A DNA stretch of 64,000 nucleotides from Eutreptiella sp. 'Long Island Sound 2002' (taxonomy: Eukaryota > Protista > Euglenida), in assembly GCA_964036045.1 (NCBI GenBank), contig OZ038379.1:6758001-6822000 (forward strand), in the 5' to 3' direction. The notes beneath the pieces were generated by a model. That model made no database searches. It saw nothing but the letters and a program-made list of their open reading frames with translations, and was not told where the DNA came from. Below are positions 11,650 to 25,211 of this stretch, piece by piece; the stretch's first letter is position 1; every line of letters starts with the position of its first letter. Position numbers and translations under genes: made by a program.

Positions 11650-12002
11650 CTGTCTTCCTCCTGGGGGTACAGGCGTCACTTATGATTGGTACCCGTTTCT
11701 CTTGGAGGCCCTACAGGGCCGCCGCGAAGCTCATCACGCGGGCTAGCTACACCACCGACAATGGCACCACAAAGTTCCCGACCACCGAGTCCAAGGCCAG
11801 TTATGGACTGGGGCTGAAGATTGGGGTCGATCTGGCCAACACCTCATTCAAGGGCGTGGACGAGACTGCTTTGTACGAGGGGATCTCCGATGGTTTGCAC
11901 GGTCGTACAACACAGGTGGAAGTGGAGACGCTCCGGGCAGCGTTGACTAAGGTGCAGCAGGCCATGCGCGAGGCTGATGCTGAGAAGAAGCAGCCCGAAG
12001 AG
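11650..12002 (+). CDS. FKBP-type PPIase gene exon 2: hydrophobic/basic leader plus FKBP_N dimerization domain (FklB/Mip-like)
   Basis: KFPTTESKASYGLGLKIGVDLANTSFKGVDETALYEGISDGLHG matches the FklB-type ASYGIG motif. Polypyrimidine-CAG acceptor; GT donor at 12003 in phase 0. Confidence 0.85.
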
Positions 12003-13689
12003 GTGACAAATCCGGTGCACACGGCAAGGCTTTTTGTGTTGTTTTTGATGTTAACAAACGCCGACCTCTGCCGTCAGTTACCACCTTCGGTGAATCTTCA
12101 ACTGCCGTCGGTTTTCCTCCAACCGGCGTTGTTTGCCTTTCAAGTGCTGTCCAATTGTATCCCCAAATAATAAGCTGGCTACTGAACAGCCCGAGTTTTT
12201 TTTTGTCTTAATTAAAAAACATCATGGCACACAGGAGGCCCCTTGGCCTTCAAGCAGCCCCCATCCCCATCCTCTTCCAACCACCTGACGTCTAACCCAC
12301 AGGGGGGGTATCACGTGTGGGGCCGGATCCCCACCCCTCAAAGACCCCCCAACCTGCACCCGTGGGCAACAGCAGGTGCCAATGGGGCGGGGGAGGGGAG
12401 TGCGTCAGACATGCCACAGACGGCACGGGCGTGGCACAGGCCTGTGGGGCAACAGAGCTGACGAAGGTGTGGCAGGTGGAGAATGGAAAAATGGGATTTT
12501 ACTCCCCAACGTGTGTGTATTCACAATGCTCAGAGCAAAACGGCGAAGTCAAAAATGTCGTCAACAGAAAATTATTTTTTGGGGCCCCACCCCCAACCCC
12601 CCAACTCTCTCCGGAACCCGACAGTTACTGCTTGTAGGGAGGGAAGCCCGTAAAGAGGAGGCATTTCAGGGAGCTCACAGGTCTTGAGCTGTAGCTGGTT
12701 CGGTGGTTTTTGGTTGGTTGCAGGGTGTTTGGGCAGCATTTTGCGCTTTCAACCGCAATTTGGCCCATTTGATCCTGTCCGTGCATTGTGCATGCTGGTG
12801 TCTTTTTGTGTGTGTGGCCCCCCCTTCCGTAGGTCCTGTACGTTGTGGTTCTGTGTTGAACCCCCCCCCCCCCTTTGCGGCCCCTAACAGAGCCAACCAC
12901 CAAGGCCTTGTGCCAACCCCCCCCCCCCCCCCTTGCGAGACTCTGACAGTGCGGTTTCGACAGTGCGCCTTTCGCACACCAATTTGCACTGTCCCTCCTG
13001 CCACTCTTTTTTGAAGTGATGTGCCTTTGAGTGGTAGCAATCCAGTATCTCTTGGTAGGTGAGGGTGTTCAACATGGTAAGTCTACCAAAGGTTCCATCT
13101 ACACCTTCGCTTAGCTCACCGTCATTAGGTTGTACCTCCTCTTGCAATACCCTGAACGCCCCCTCGCCATTGTAGGGGGTCATTTGCCCTTTTGTTTTTG
13201 GCAGTCATGGCTTCGTCTCATCTCGTAGCCACCCATGGGGGACATCTGACGCGGTGCAGCGCAAGCACCGCAAATATAAGGGCAACTGGGGGCAGCCCGG
13301 CAAGAGTGGTAAGAGTAAGCACAGTGGCCGGTGCAAACCCCCTTCTGACCAGTGCTATTTCACCCAAACAACTCCAAGTGTTGCCTTTTTCAGATGCCCG
13401 CACCCCACCTCACTCCTGGCAGGGGTTCTCAAGTTGGTAGGGCAACAGGGCCCTGCAGACACCTGCACTGCATCATGACTCATGCGCCCTTGTTTCCAGG
13501 TTTGAATCTCAAGATTCGAAGGTCGCACTCCATCGGCGCCAGGAGTAAAGCCGCGGCCTCCGAACACTCCAAAAGACCCCCCTGGTCGAGAGTCCGCACC
13601 CGGGGGTCTGACACTGATGGTTAGACACATGCCCTGTCGTGCGCTCGTATGTCGGCGGGTGGTCCTCAGAGGGGACTCATGCCCCGAAG

Positions 13690-13900
13690 TCAGGCCTGCG
13701 CTTGAAGGGGGTGTTGTCCCCCCCATCCCCCCATTCGGTGATGATCGTCAGTTCCGCCCCAACCACTTCTGACTGCCCCCAAATGCCCTCCAATCGTTTT
13801 GCAACCGCCAGCACGGCTACTGAAACTGCCTTCCAACCGCCAGTAACCGCACCGGCAGGCCCCTTTTTAAACTCCCCTTCAGCCTCCCTCCCCCTCAACC
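13690..13900. repeat. Dispersed intronic repeat (gcgcttgaagggg...caaccgc motifs), related copy at about 27780-27990
   Basis: Both loci share a gcgcttgaag.ggg start and repeated (t/c)ccaaccgc blocks. Confidence 0.55.
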
Positions 13901-13952
13901 GCAGCCCCTCCAGAAGTGCCCACCCGCTCCACCTGCCCAACGCCTCCGGCAG

Positions 13953-14321
13953 GACTTCCTGAGGATCAATGGTGCTCGGGAAGGGGTGGCCACCACCGCC
14001 TCCGGGCTGCAGTTCGAGGTCCTGCAGACCGGCACCGGGGCGACCCCTGGGGCCACGAGCACCATCAAGGCCCACTACAAGGGCACCCTCATCGACGGCA
14101 CCGAGTTCGACAGCTCCTACAAACGGGGCGAGCCCATGACGTTTCAGGTGGACCGGGTGATCAAGGGCTGGACGGAGGCCCTGTGTCTGATGCAGGTTGG
14201 CGCCACGTGGCGGCTGTACATCCCCTCGGACTTGGCGTACGGGGAGCGCGGTGCAGGGGACGTGATCCTGCCTTTCAGCACACTGATCTTTGACGTAGAG
14301 CTGCTGGAGATTGTGGAGTAA
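13953..14321 (+). CDS. FKBP-type PPIase gene exon 3: catalytic FKBP_C domain
   Basis: [23 protein letters not shown]...[21 protein letters not shown]...VIKGWTEAL...[14 protein letters not shown]...[11 protein letters not shown], then stop. CAG acceptor at 13950-13952 in phase 0. The three exons total 822 nt. Confidence 0.93.
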   Translation, partial: DFLRINGAREGVATTASGLQFEVLQTGTGATPGATSTIKAHYKGTLIDGTEFDSSYKRGEPMTFQVDRVIKGWTEALCLMQVGATWRLYIPSDLAYGERGAGDVILPFSTLIFDVELLEIVE

Positions 14322-15789
14322 GCATTGCGGGGGGGCACTGAGGCTTCCCTGGCAAATCTGCCGTGTCCAGCAACTCCAGGGCGTGGGGATCCCTCCTCCG
14401 GGGCCACAGATTGGATGTGGGCAGATCATCCTGAGTCTGAGATCCGATGCGGGTGGGTGATACTGAGACTCGTATCGGACGTGGGTGGATCCTACTCAAT
14501 TTGAGTCAGATGCGGGCCGGGCCCCCACCAGACTGTCGGACAGCTTGCTCTGAACGGCTTAATTGCAGTGGCAACAGACCCTTTAGACCCCAATGCTCCA
14601 ACGATCCCGATGGAAGGTGTGCACAACAAAGCGTCTCAAGAGACTTATATCTGACGCGCGTAACACTCACGCGGCGTTATGCCACAAGCGCATGTGTTCT
14701 GCATCAGGACAGTGGCTTTCCGCTTCTGTCGCCCAAACTCCTGAATACCTTCTGGGGCTGCGCCACATCTTCAACTGGGGTGCTCTCCCGGCGGCTCTGC
14801 GGGCCCTTCAGCAGCATTTGTGTTGCTTCAGCATAGGGCCCACTATTCACTCGCTCTGGGCCTGCTGGGGCCTTCATGGCACTACAGGGGTCATGTCCAC
14901 GGTGCACATCACTATGAGCTCTCGATAGCAGCAGATTTTACTGAGTGGCCCGTGGCACTAATGCCTACCAGAACTCAGTCCCCCTGCCGGACACTAGACC
15001 CCCCCCCCCCCCACACACACATAGTGCAGTGCAGTGCGCGGATATCAGTGGTGCTGGTGGAGGATCCACACGCACACACAGCGACGAAGGGGGGAAGGTC
15101 TCCAGCCCCAGGCTGCATTTGGAAACAAGAGGCCGAAGGAAACAAGAGGCAATTGTGAGCAGTGGCACAGACATTCCTGAGGCCATCCCCAGCGCTGAGG
15201 TGCACGCACGTTGCGCAACTCTGTGTCTCCATGGCATCCTCATGCTCGACCAGCAACAACCTCCAACGTATGCTTCTCCATTTCCTGCATGCTTGGTCAC
15301 ACTTGGGCCGACATCCCACGAAGAACTTTGCTCCACTCAGTCTGGAGTGGGAAGATGTCTATGGGTTGTCCCATGGTTGATGACACTTGGGCCCATTTTA
15401 CTACCATGGCGTGTGTCCGCGTCTTTGTTGACAAGTATGATAGTTCACTCGTTTCTGAGGCCACAGAAATCCTTCCAACAGATTGCAGGTCCTGCCTGAC
15501 ATGTCACATGGCGCCACAGAGTCCAACGCGAGAGTATCATTGGTGTGTCAGAAAAGTTCACTGACCAGCTGATGCGCCCACCTAAGCTGATCTTGGCACA
15601 ACAAGGAGCGGGACACGGGGGAAAGGGGAACTGTCAGTTGGTGTAGGATTTATGGCCTGTGCTGCTGGAACGGATTATAATTGTCGCTTGGCAAGGGTGA
15701 TTGTACCATTCTATCAGGCCTTGGAATCATCTGCTAGGGTGGACTTGGTGCTAGAGGAGTGCCCTGCAGGGGAATGCATACAGTTTGGG

Positions 15790-16120
15790 AAAGGGATGGG
15801 GTAGAGGCTTGGGACAAGCTTGTGGACAGGATTTGGGGGTTTCCTGACAGGGTCCAGGCCACGGTTCGGGATTACAGCCAGGGGGTGGGGCCAGTGAAGG
15901 GGTTGGTATAGGGATTGGCAAAGGTTTGGGCAAGGGATTGGTCTGGGGCTTTGGACGGGGTTGCTGAGAGGGCTGTGTGGATGTGTTTGCAGAAGGGTTT
16001 CCAATGGGATTCCGGATTGGGTTTGGGACAGGGACTCAGCCTAGTTTGGCACCAGGATTACTGACATGGTTTGGGATGTGGTTTGCACCGGTGTTGGGTA
16101 TGGGGTTAGGGCAGGGTTTC
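15790..16120. repeat. Degenerate G-rich short tandem repeat (gggattggc..aggtttggg)
   Basis: Recurrent gggatt, gggttt and ggcttggg motifs. Confidence 0.55.
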
Positions 16121-19100
16121 ATAGTCTGGGACAGCACCTTGCTTACCCTTCTACAGTTGCGTGTCAAGTCTGCTTTGTGGAAAGTTTGAAGCTTTTGGTA
16201 GTAGGGAGCAAATAAATGGCTTCTCAATGGGAGCCCCCGCATGGATAGCATGGAGGCAGAGAGCAAAGGGAACATGAATCAGCAAAACTGGTTGTTTTTT
16301 GTAAAGATAAGATAAGTAGTTCCGTAAAATAAGAGACATGATCTCAGTATACATGTGTTGCAAATTCGCATATCCAATTATGCACAATGTAGTTGAGTAA
16401 AATTTGCATTTGGCAAGAGATTTCCAAGAAGTACAATCCTTATTTTTTTTTTTGCATTCCAAAATGCATGTTTGTGCAATATGGACAATTGTATGGAGCG
16501 ATATCATGGAGCCAAATCCTGTTTTGATGAGTGGAAGGACAATTTGTACAAAAACATGCAGCCTATAAATGTCATGGTGTTAACACACAAGCTGCCGCCA
16601 CCAAATGTTATCACAAAGGATCATACTTAGGTGACAAAGTTTTTGGCAGACATAAGTTAACTTACTACGAAACAAAAACTCGTTGGAGGTCTACACGCAA
16701 TGGCCAAAAGAATTTCATGTGTGAGTCTGTGCTCTCCATTGGAGCATGGTAAGGCTTGATTCATGTTTAGAGAACCTTCTGCATGTGGTACAAAAAGGTA
16801 GGTTACATGCTACACAAAGGGAAAAGTGCGGAGATATGTCCAATCTTTGTATGTAAAGATGTGTTGAACAGACATCATGTGTTGGTGAATGCTGCAATCG
16901 TAGCTTATGTTCTAAACAGAAGCACTTCTGAAAACAGTACAAGTGTTAAACCTGCGCTGCATTGGACGGTTTCCGGCGATGGTCCAAATTGGTGTCTTTG
17001 ATAAGGGGCAATTGAATGTGTTCTACAAAACATCTCTCTATTTTTTGCATTCCGAAGGACAAGTTTAGCGCAAAGAGATGTGTATCACCAACCCAACCAC
17101 CAGCGCAGCTCGCACATTGTTTTGACCAATACGGCCGAGTACCCAGCAACATGCAACCCTTTTTGACCGCCGGGCATTATGCCAACCTTGCAGTATAGGA
17201 TGTTGTTGCCAAACTAGTTGTCAACCCGCTCATCCTTGGGTCACGGCGTGAGATTTTCGGCATTTCGTAGAAAGGCTGCTTTTTGGAGCACACCATGACC
17301 CCTATTGGCCGAGTAATAACTTGTGAGTTGCAAGCTAGGGTAAGATCTCAGTAAGAAAAAGTGTATTTCAATGCCTTTGGGGATAGCTTTAGTTGTATTA
17401 AAGATGCCTTGAGGCTGTTGATGTGAGAGATATATGGCAAATGTGGAGCAATGTTGCTCATGCCAATGGTGAGTGGAGGGCATGCATAGAAATGGATGCA
17501 TATATGGGAATGGAATGGCAATACATACATGACATGACAATATCATACAAGCATGCACATGATATGATACATGGTAGATGGACAGGCCCTAGTGGAGCAC
17601 ATGTGCACTCCTATAGGTGGCAACTATTGCCAGGCATTCATGGGTAATTCCTACCCAAGTCAACCGACACATCAAGATGTATAACAAGATGAAATCATGG
17701 TGCATGTGGTATGAGGTCGATTCATTTGTTGTTATGTCATTTTTTCCATATTATTATAACTATGCAGCCCTTTGTTGATGATTCTGGACCTATTTGAATT
17801 TCGAGATCGTGTTCTGGCCTTGCTCGTCGCCGCCGCCGCTCCTGCGCTTCATCTTTTTCTTGCTTGTTTTTTGAGTTTTAACAGAGGCATATCACATTTT
17901 TATCTTAGCATTGGCCCCACCAAAATGAGGATAATGCATTTTCACCTATAAAACCAAGCACTAATCAATGGATGTTGTGAGGACCAAATACTGGACCCCT
18001 AACCCTCCAACTATTTTGATTTTATCATAGGACCCTGAGATTACTGAGGCACTGCTCTGGCTCAGAGCATATAAATTTTTATCTATTTTTTCATGAATGC
18101 CTACTTATCCTAGTGGTGTGCATCCTAGAGGGCTGTGGTACCTCTTTTGGATAGGTCCTAGTTTCAATTCCCAGCCAGCCTAGCTAAGTAGGAAGATCGC
18201 AAGTGACATGGCAGTGACCTCAGTGCCACAAGCTATGCCACCTCAGCACCTAACGGACCAAAAACAAAGGCTACACTGACCCTGCCTCAGAGAGGATACC
18301 CATGAGGGCAGTTTTCTATGTTGATTTGTTTGTTTTCTACCTATCTTTTCTAATAGGCAGTCACAGTTTGATCCATTGTTGTGAATACTTTGTACATGTA
18401 TTTCCCTTTGACTGCAGCCCTTCATGTCTGGAGTATAAGATCCTGAATTGTGCCGTACTCGGACCGTGGATTGGGTCTTTTCCCTGGTTTCCAAAGTACG
18501 CAAAAACAAGAGGAGCAGGCAAGCAGCAAGATACAAGCAGAAGCACATCAACACAAAAACAATCATTGAAAGCATAACAATTTCTGTCCCATGGATGCAT
18601 CATGCTACCCTCTTTGTCTATGGCTTTGACCATTTTGGGTCTTTGTGAAACTTTGGAAAAGGCGCCTTTCTGATTCTCTATTGTCACGTAGCTTGATACG
18701 GATTTAAGATCTCTTTCAATATATGCGCCAAAGGCAAAGAAGTTAGGTTTTCAGAACTGCTCCGGGCCTCACAGGCCATACGCTAGATTTGGGACAAATG
18801 AACAGCCGAGCCACTTGCACTACTTAGCGTATTCAGACAGCATAGTTCAAAATGCTATCGTCATAAGATTCCAAACTAAGCTTACAAAGTCATAGAGGTA
18901 AGATTATGTATGTCATCACAAATGCCGAATATTGGACCGGCAAGAATGATTGCACGGTTCGATCAGCCTCAACGGGGCTCATCTGCACTCTTCCTGCCTT
19001 TTCGATGAAAAACATCGGTCCGGCATTCGCACCCCCTTCATCCTTCAACTCATCCCCCCGCCCTCCGGACATTGTTGCAACTCAAGTTCATGACTAATAC

Positions 19101-22100
19101 GGAAAAAATTATTGAAATAATGCGGGTAGTTAGATTGTAGCTGTATCCGTCCAGGCTATTGTTCCTTAATTTTTTTTGGTGTGCATAAGTGCTTTTCGGT
19201 GATACATTGTATACATTTTTGTGGGCCGTTTCTTTGATTTGTGATGCATGGGCGTAACTTTTTGGGGTGCACAACACGAAAGCAACCTTAGTAGGGGTGT
19301 AAAAGTGGTCATGGCGAGCTAAACTTCATCAAGGACAACAACCATATGTATGGCAACTCAATGGATTAGACCCTGCAACATAGCAACAATCTTTTGAATG
19401 GTGTGGGTTGTCATGCCATCGGCTTCCTATTTTTATTGAGCGCAGAAAATAAAATGGTCCAAAAATTTTAGGTACATGGTGGCGGCAGAAGGGGTGGGAG
19501 GGATGACTTTGGTGGGGTATGTGCAAGATGAACAAGAGATCATGTTTCGAGAAAGAAAAGGAGAAAACCCCCAAAGTTCCTATAAAATTAGTTTGAGGCG
19601 GAAACTTGCCTGTCACAAGTAGAGCTTAGGTTGCTTCTATTTTGAAGGGTTGGGAGTTTGCGTCTTGTGTCCTTTGGTGGCAGGGGTTGGTGGGTAGATG
19701 CGGTGGGTGCCTTGGCAAGGGGCTTTAGGGCTTGGTGTTTCAATGTTTTTTTTTCTTTTATACTATGGACCTTGCTGAGTAGAGGTGTTGGTTGTGAGGA
19801 TGTGTTAATGTTGTTTCTGTTGGAAAAGAGAAATTGGTGCGGGAAAGGAAGTGCTATAGATGGATGGGGATATTTCTAATAGTTGCTAACAAAGTCTCGT
19901 TAAAGTGTGTAGATGTGTGCAGACTTTAGTGTGCATTTGTGTTGCAAATAAGGAATATTTGGAGATAATACGGGAGTAGGTTGCCGAACGAGAACATTTG
20001 GAATGAGAATTCGGTCGCAGTTGCTTCTGTCACCTAGTGATGCAACGGTCCCCTATCCTGTGTCAGTTTTGATGAAGAAAAAAAGTCCAAACATGCAATC
20101 GCATTTGTTTGAGGTGTTCGGCATTGTAACATTGCAAAACATTGGTTATTGGGTCCAGGGAACGGTGTAGAAAGCATTTGGGGTGGTGGACAATGTTGCG
20201 AACACTGGCCCGGTACCTTGCACAACAATGGACGGTTTGACCATTGAAAACGGAAATGAGAGAACCAAGATATGCATGAACACAAATCACTGCAAAAGCA
20301 GAGATGTAAATTGTCGTGTGCGTAGGAAAAGAGTTAGCTCCTTGACAGTTGTTGAAATGGTTTTCCAAGAAAAATGTGTGGATATGCTTGAATTGTTTCT
20401 GTGTTGCTTTGTACCTCTGCAACTGCCTTTTGCCCGGTAAAGCCCGCTCCTCCCTTCAACTCTTGACCTCCCGTCCTAACAAACCAAAAGCATCCCCCTC
20501 AACTTCTTTTTGGTCAACATCTTTTTGGAATATGCCCTAAATTCCCCTACCATATCGCTGTGGGCTATGCCATTAGGTGGAAAACGTGTACATGCATTTG
20601 TTGTATCACGATAATGTACTGTTTGCCGTTTGTGAAAACCAATATCCAGCTTGACAAAAAAAACCCACTGTGGGTATCTTGGGCCATGATGGTTTTTTAC
20701 CATTTCTTGCATCAAAATTTCTGATTGATGTCCTCGGCTGTCCTTTGGTGGTGTGTCAAATACGCTGCCCTGGGTGCTTTGGTGTCTTTCTTAAATATTA
20801 ACAAAATATTAAACATTAACAAAGAATGATTCTACATGCACCATTTTCTGTCCATCAAACAAATCTAAAAGCATTCCATCTGCAAAAAAACCCAAAAAAA
20901 AACACATGGTAGCCAATTTTTCTAATGTGCATGTGGTTGTAGATGCATGTGCTGATTTGATTCATGCAATCACTGTTTTGTGAGAAATAAAAGGTTACAC
21001 ATGCTCTATAGGGTTGTGCTGTGCTAGACTGATCCAACACTGCTTCATCAAATGACAAAAGTGATGTGTTTTAAATGTGTTGGCCGCACACAGGTCAAAG
21101 AGCACTCCACACATGCACGTCCTGGTATGCATATGCAGCAATGTTCGGCAGCTTTCACAGCTGTACTCAATGCACAGCTCTCCAATGTAGCTCCATGTTC
21201 TTGAGATGGCCGTGTTTGTCAGCCACAAACTCTGGCTTGCCTGCTATGTACATAGGATACCTCTATCTTGCCATCAGGTCCCTGCACATAGGCAAATGTG
21301 TTGGCGAGGCGTGTGCTGTCTCCCCTGCATACTGACCTGTCGCCACTCCCTGTCTATTTACCGCTGACAATTGGCAGCTCTGCCAGGCGCTGAGCCATCC
21401 ATCATGGATCGAAAATGTTTCAAGCCAAAAAGACAAACTCCATATCCAGTGGCGCTCGGGAACACCATTAACAACCAGCATCAGCCAATATCAATAAAAT
21501 CAATGCATCACAGGCAAATACAATTTGCTAGCATAATGGGTACTCAGGGAAATGTGATATTGATACACCGTATGTGGAAAAAAAACTGCACTGTCCAGTA
21601 AGTGGGTCGAGAAATCAGAGCTTTCAAAACAGTGGTTGGCCAACACCACAGACGATGCATGCAGACTGTGAGGCCACGTAGACTGCCCGTATTCCCACAC
21701 AACAGTTGGGTCTCATGGCATTCTGTAAAATTATTACATCACATGTAGAATAAGGCTGCACTGTCCAGCAAATGGGTTAAGAAATTAGACCCCTCTGCAG
21801 AACTTTCAACCCAGTGGTTGACTACAATACCACAGACAATGCATGCATACTGCGGAGCCATCATGTGGAGCGCTCATCGATCCCCTCATACATGACGGGA
21901 CGGAGAGCACTATGGTGCTGCACCACAGGCTTTGTGCTGTTCCATGCAGAAGCGGGAGACAGCCAATAAGGAGATACTGATCATCAAACAGATCAGATGT
22001 GGGCCGACCTCACACGACCACAGATCAATGATGCAGATGGACCCAAAACTGTGGGTCATTGTGGAGCTGTTGGCACATGAAATGTTTTGCCAGAACACCA

Positions 22101-22358
22101 GAATCAGGATGAATGTACTGGTCAGCCCCAAAGCGAAGTCTACATGCCTACACCCGAAATTGGCAGCACCGTCTGGGCAGGGGGGGGGGAGGGGGGCTGA
22201 AAGGCCTGGGACTTCTGACTTGATTGGTGCTGAAAATTGCGGCATTGATATGACTTTGCGTGTGTCAGGCAGTTGGGCCAGGAGAATGCTTCACACGAGC
22301 AAGCGCTGACAAGCCCCCTACAAAGTGGCACCATTGTTAGGATTGGGTCAGTGTCCAG

Positions 22359-22375
22359 TAGGGTTAGGGTAAGGG
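22359..22375 (+). repeat. Short interstitial TTAGGG-like tract
   Basis: tagggttagggtaaggg. Confidence 0.5.
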
Positions 22376-22444
22376 TCACCGAGCTGGTGGAACCAGTCTT
22401 GGTTTTATAACCCTTTTTAGTGTCTAGGGTGGACCTACCAGGTT

Positions 22445-22506
22445 TAGCAAGCAAGCAGCAAGCAAGCAGCAAGCAAGCAGCAAGCAGCAAGCAACAAGCA
22501 AGCAGC
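22445..22506. repeat. (AGCA)n microsatellite
   Basis: agcaagcaagcagcaagc... visible directly. Confidence 0.9.
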
Positions 22507-22519
22507 ACGCGCGAAATGG

Positions 22520-23400
22520 GAAAAAATCAGAACTCCGTCGTGGTGCTTTGGATTTGAGTGAAATTTTGGTGCATGATACCTATGGGTGTGAAGTACAATC
22601 ACACAAAGTTTGAGCAAGAAACTCAACGGTGGTGGCCGGGAACGGGATCCGCAAGTGGCGGACCTCAGTTTCAAAAACTGCACTTTAGGGCCAAAAATAG
22701 TCATTTTTGGGCCAAAAAAGCCCTGGAACACATTCAAAACGGCCAAACGAAGGGAAACGGTGGGTGCACTCCACGTGAGTCTTGACTTCCCCGTGTCAAC
22801 GAGCTCTTTGCGGCCCTCTAGCTCCATGATATGTCTGAGAAACGGCCCAAAAAGGCCCCCAGAAGCTCCAAATGCCGACAGCCACAAACCAAGAATAGGC
22901 CATATCTTTGGCTACATGGCTCAAAATGCAATTCCGAGGGCACCTACTCCACCCGCAACCCCCCGCTTTTTGTGGTTTCCGCCCCTCAGAATTGCCCAAA
23001 CGGACGCCTAGGCCCCCATACCTAGGCCCACTAGGCTGCAACAAGCTGCAAGCTCAAGCCCAAACACATGGGTGCCCAAATGGGTCAACAGGGTCCAATA
23101 GGGGCAAAAGGATGACTTTTCTCAAAAATGATCCTACACCATGTGCGACGCTAAAACAAGTGTTTTTGGACCGTTTTGAGCCTGTGGTGGCCCATTTTGG
23201 TCCTCCGAAAATCCCAAAATGCCTTGAAAATGGGCTGTTTTGGGACCAAAAATGGGTCAAAAATGGGTCAAAAACGCAGTTTTCCAAACCTCATCCTAGA
23301 CCATTTGGGGTGCACCAACGGGTGAAATGAGCCCATTTTGAGCCCATTTTGGGGCATTTTGGCCCCTCAGAAGTCCAAAAGGCCTTGAAAGTGGGCCTCG
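22520..23400. repeat. Dispersed repeat (gggtcaaaaatgggtcaaaaa / cccattttg family), related tract at about 31150-31400
   Basis: Reiterated ccattttg and aaatggg motifs typical of a non-coding interspersed repeat. Confidence 0.5.
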
Positions 23401-23533
23401 TGGTGATGGGGTTCACTTGCAAGCTGATTTCACTTTTCAAGAGCCATCAATGTGTGAATCATTCTTGATGTCCCTCACCAGTCATAGCTAATGTTCCCCC
23501 CCCCACCAGCTCGGTCCCAATATTCAATCTTGA

Positions 23534-23557
23534 TTAGGGTAAGGGTTAGGGTTAGGG
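23534..23557 (+). repeat. Interstitial telomere-like tract (TTAGGG)x4, one variant
   Basis: ttagggtaagggttagggttaggg. Confidence 0.65.
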
Positions 23558-23838
23558 TTGTTGTGTGGCTTGGCAGAGCTAACAAGAGCTAACAAGAGAG
23601 GTTGCTACAGATTCATGATGGTATGAGGTTAGGTATGGAAGCAGAGGCCAACATCAGCCCGAGGGCTGGAAACCAAACCAGGCCTAAGCAAAAGGTCCTG
23701 GCGGGGCTGCTGCTGACACCATCGGCAGTACAGCTCCAAAAACGTGCAAAAAAAAAACTGGTACTTAGTTTGGCAGACGCGTCGAGTTTGCCGGGCGTGC
23801 CAGCGGGGACACGCAAAGGCAGAGCGCATGAGCCGGCA

Positions 23839-24210
23839 CCTTGCCCACAGCCTCCAAACAATCCATGGTGCATGGACGTGCCCCTCAGCCTGCTTACTGC
23901 GCGACTTATGGGGATCACGTGTCCTTGCCCACAGCCTCCAAGCAATCCTTGGTGCATGGACGTGCCCCTCAGCCTGCTTACTGCGCGACTTATGGGGATC
24001 ACGTGTCCTTGCCCACAGCCTCCAAGCAATCCTTGGTGCATGGACGTGCCCCTCAGCCTGCTTACTGCGCGACTTATGGGGATCACGTGTCCTTGCCCAC
24101 AGCCTCCAAGCAATCCTTGGTGCATGGACGTGCCCCTCAGCCTGCTTACTGCGCGACTTATGGGGATCACGTGTCCTTGCCCACAGCTTCCAAGCAATCC
24201 ATGGTGTATG
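23839..24210. repeat. 84-bp tandem repeat, about 4.4 near-identical copies
   Basis: Units start at 23839, 23923, 24007, 24091 and 24175. Confidence 0.95.
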
Positions 24211-24664
24211 TCAGACCTTACACCAAGTCCCCTGTGAAGCCCAGTTTCTAATGCACTGCATGTTGTGCACACCAAGATGTGCCATTAAGCGACCTTGAGA
24301 GAAAAACCTAACATGTGCAAATTCAGCTTGTGTGTCGCTGTCCTATATGGAACACCCAATACAAAAATGATAAGCAAGGCATCTCCCCTTCAATAGCATT
24401 GTGGAAATGGGGAGGAATGGGCCAAAACCAAATGCTTTGCTTGCCCAAAAGCAAGCGCTCAACGTCCATATATTCAGCATCCAATATGCTACACAGTATG
24501 CACATGGAAAGTGTAACACATGCTCCCACCCAAAGGGTTCAAACTGGGTGAGAAACACAGAAATGCTTTTCTGTGCACAAATGGCCAGAGACAGTCCGCC
24601 AGCAGGTCGAACTTACGCACATACGAAGGGTGATGACACGCATTATCATCCCATCCCGAATTGA

Positions 24665-24967
<303 letters not shown>

Positions 24968-25211
24968 TCAGGCCTCTGAACGCCGAAAAGAAATCATTGT
25001 TGATGAACGCACCCATCAGAAACATTCCACCAGCAGTACCTAAGCACGTTTGTTCATGGAATCCTGCGGAAACCCCGCAGATTTTAAAGCGGGCGGTAGT
25101 TGGCTGGCAAGCAGGCTGTGATTGCATCCCCCTCTCGGGCTCTGAGGCCCTCATGGCATCAATGCTACCAGCAGCATGCTCGGCACTGGGCCACAGCGTC
25201 ATTCAACACAC

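Noticed and set aside
15330-15480. GCPMVDDTW as a Penelope-like RT fragment
   Set aside because: The two motifs are abutted with no intervening RT sequence and no other RT motifs nearby; likely chance.
16300-22200. AT-richer region with many short coding-like frames
   Set aside because: No frame gave a motif that could be named; probably old decayed insertions.
23602-24298. Four long ORFs with repeated peptides
   Set aside because: Produced by the 84-bp minisatellite; no support for coding.
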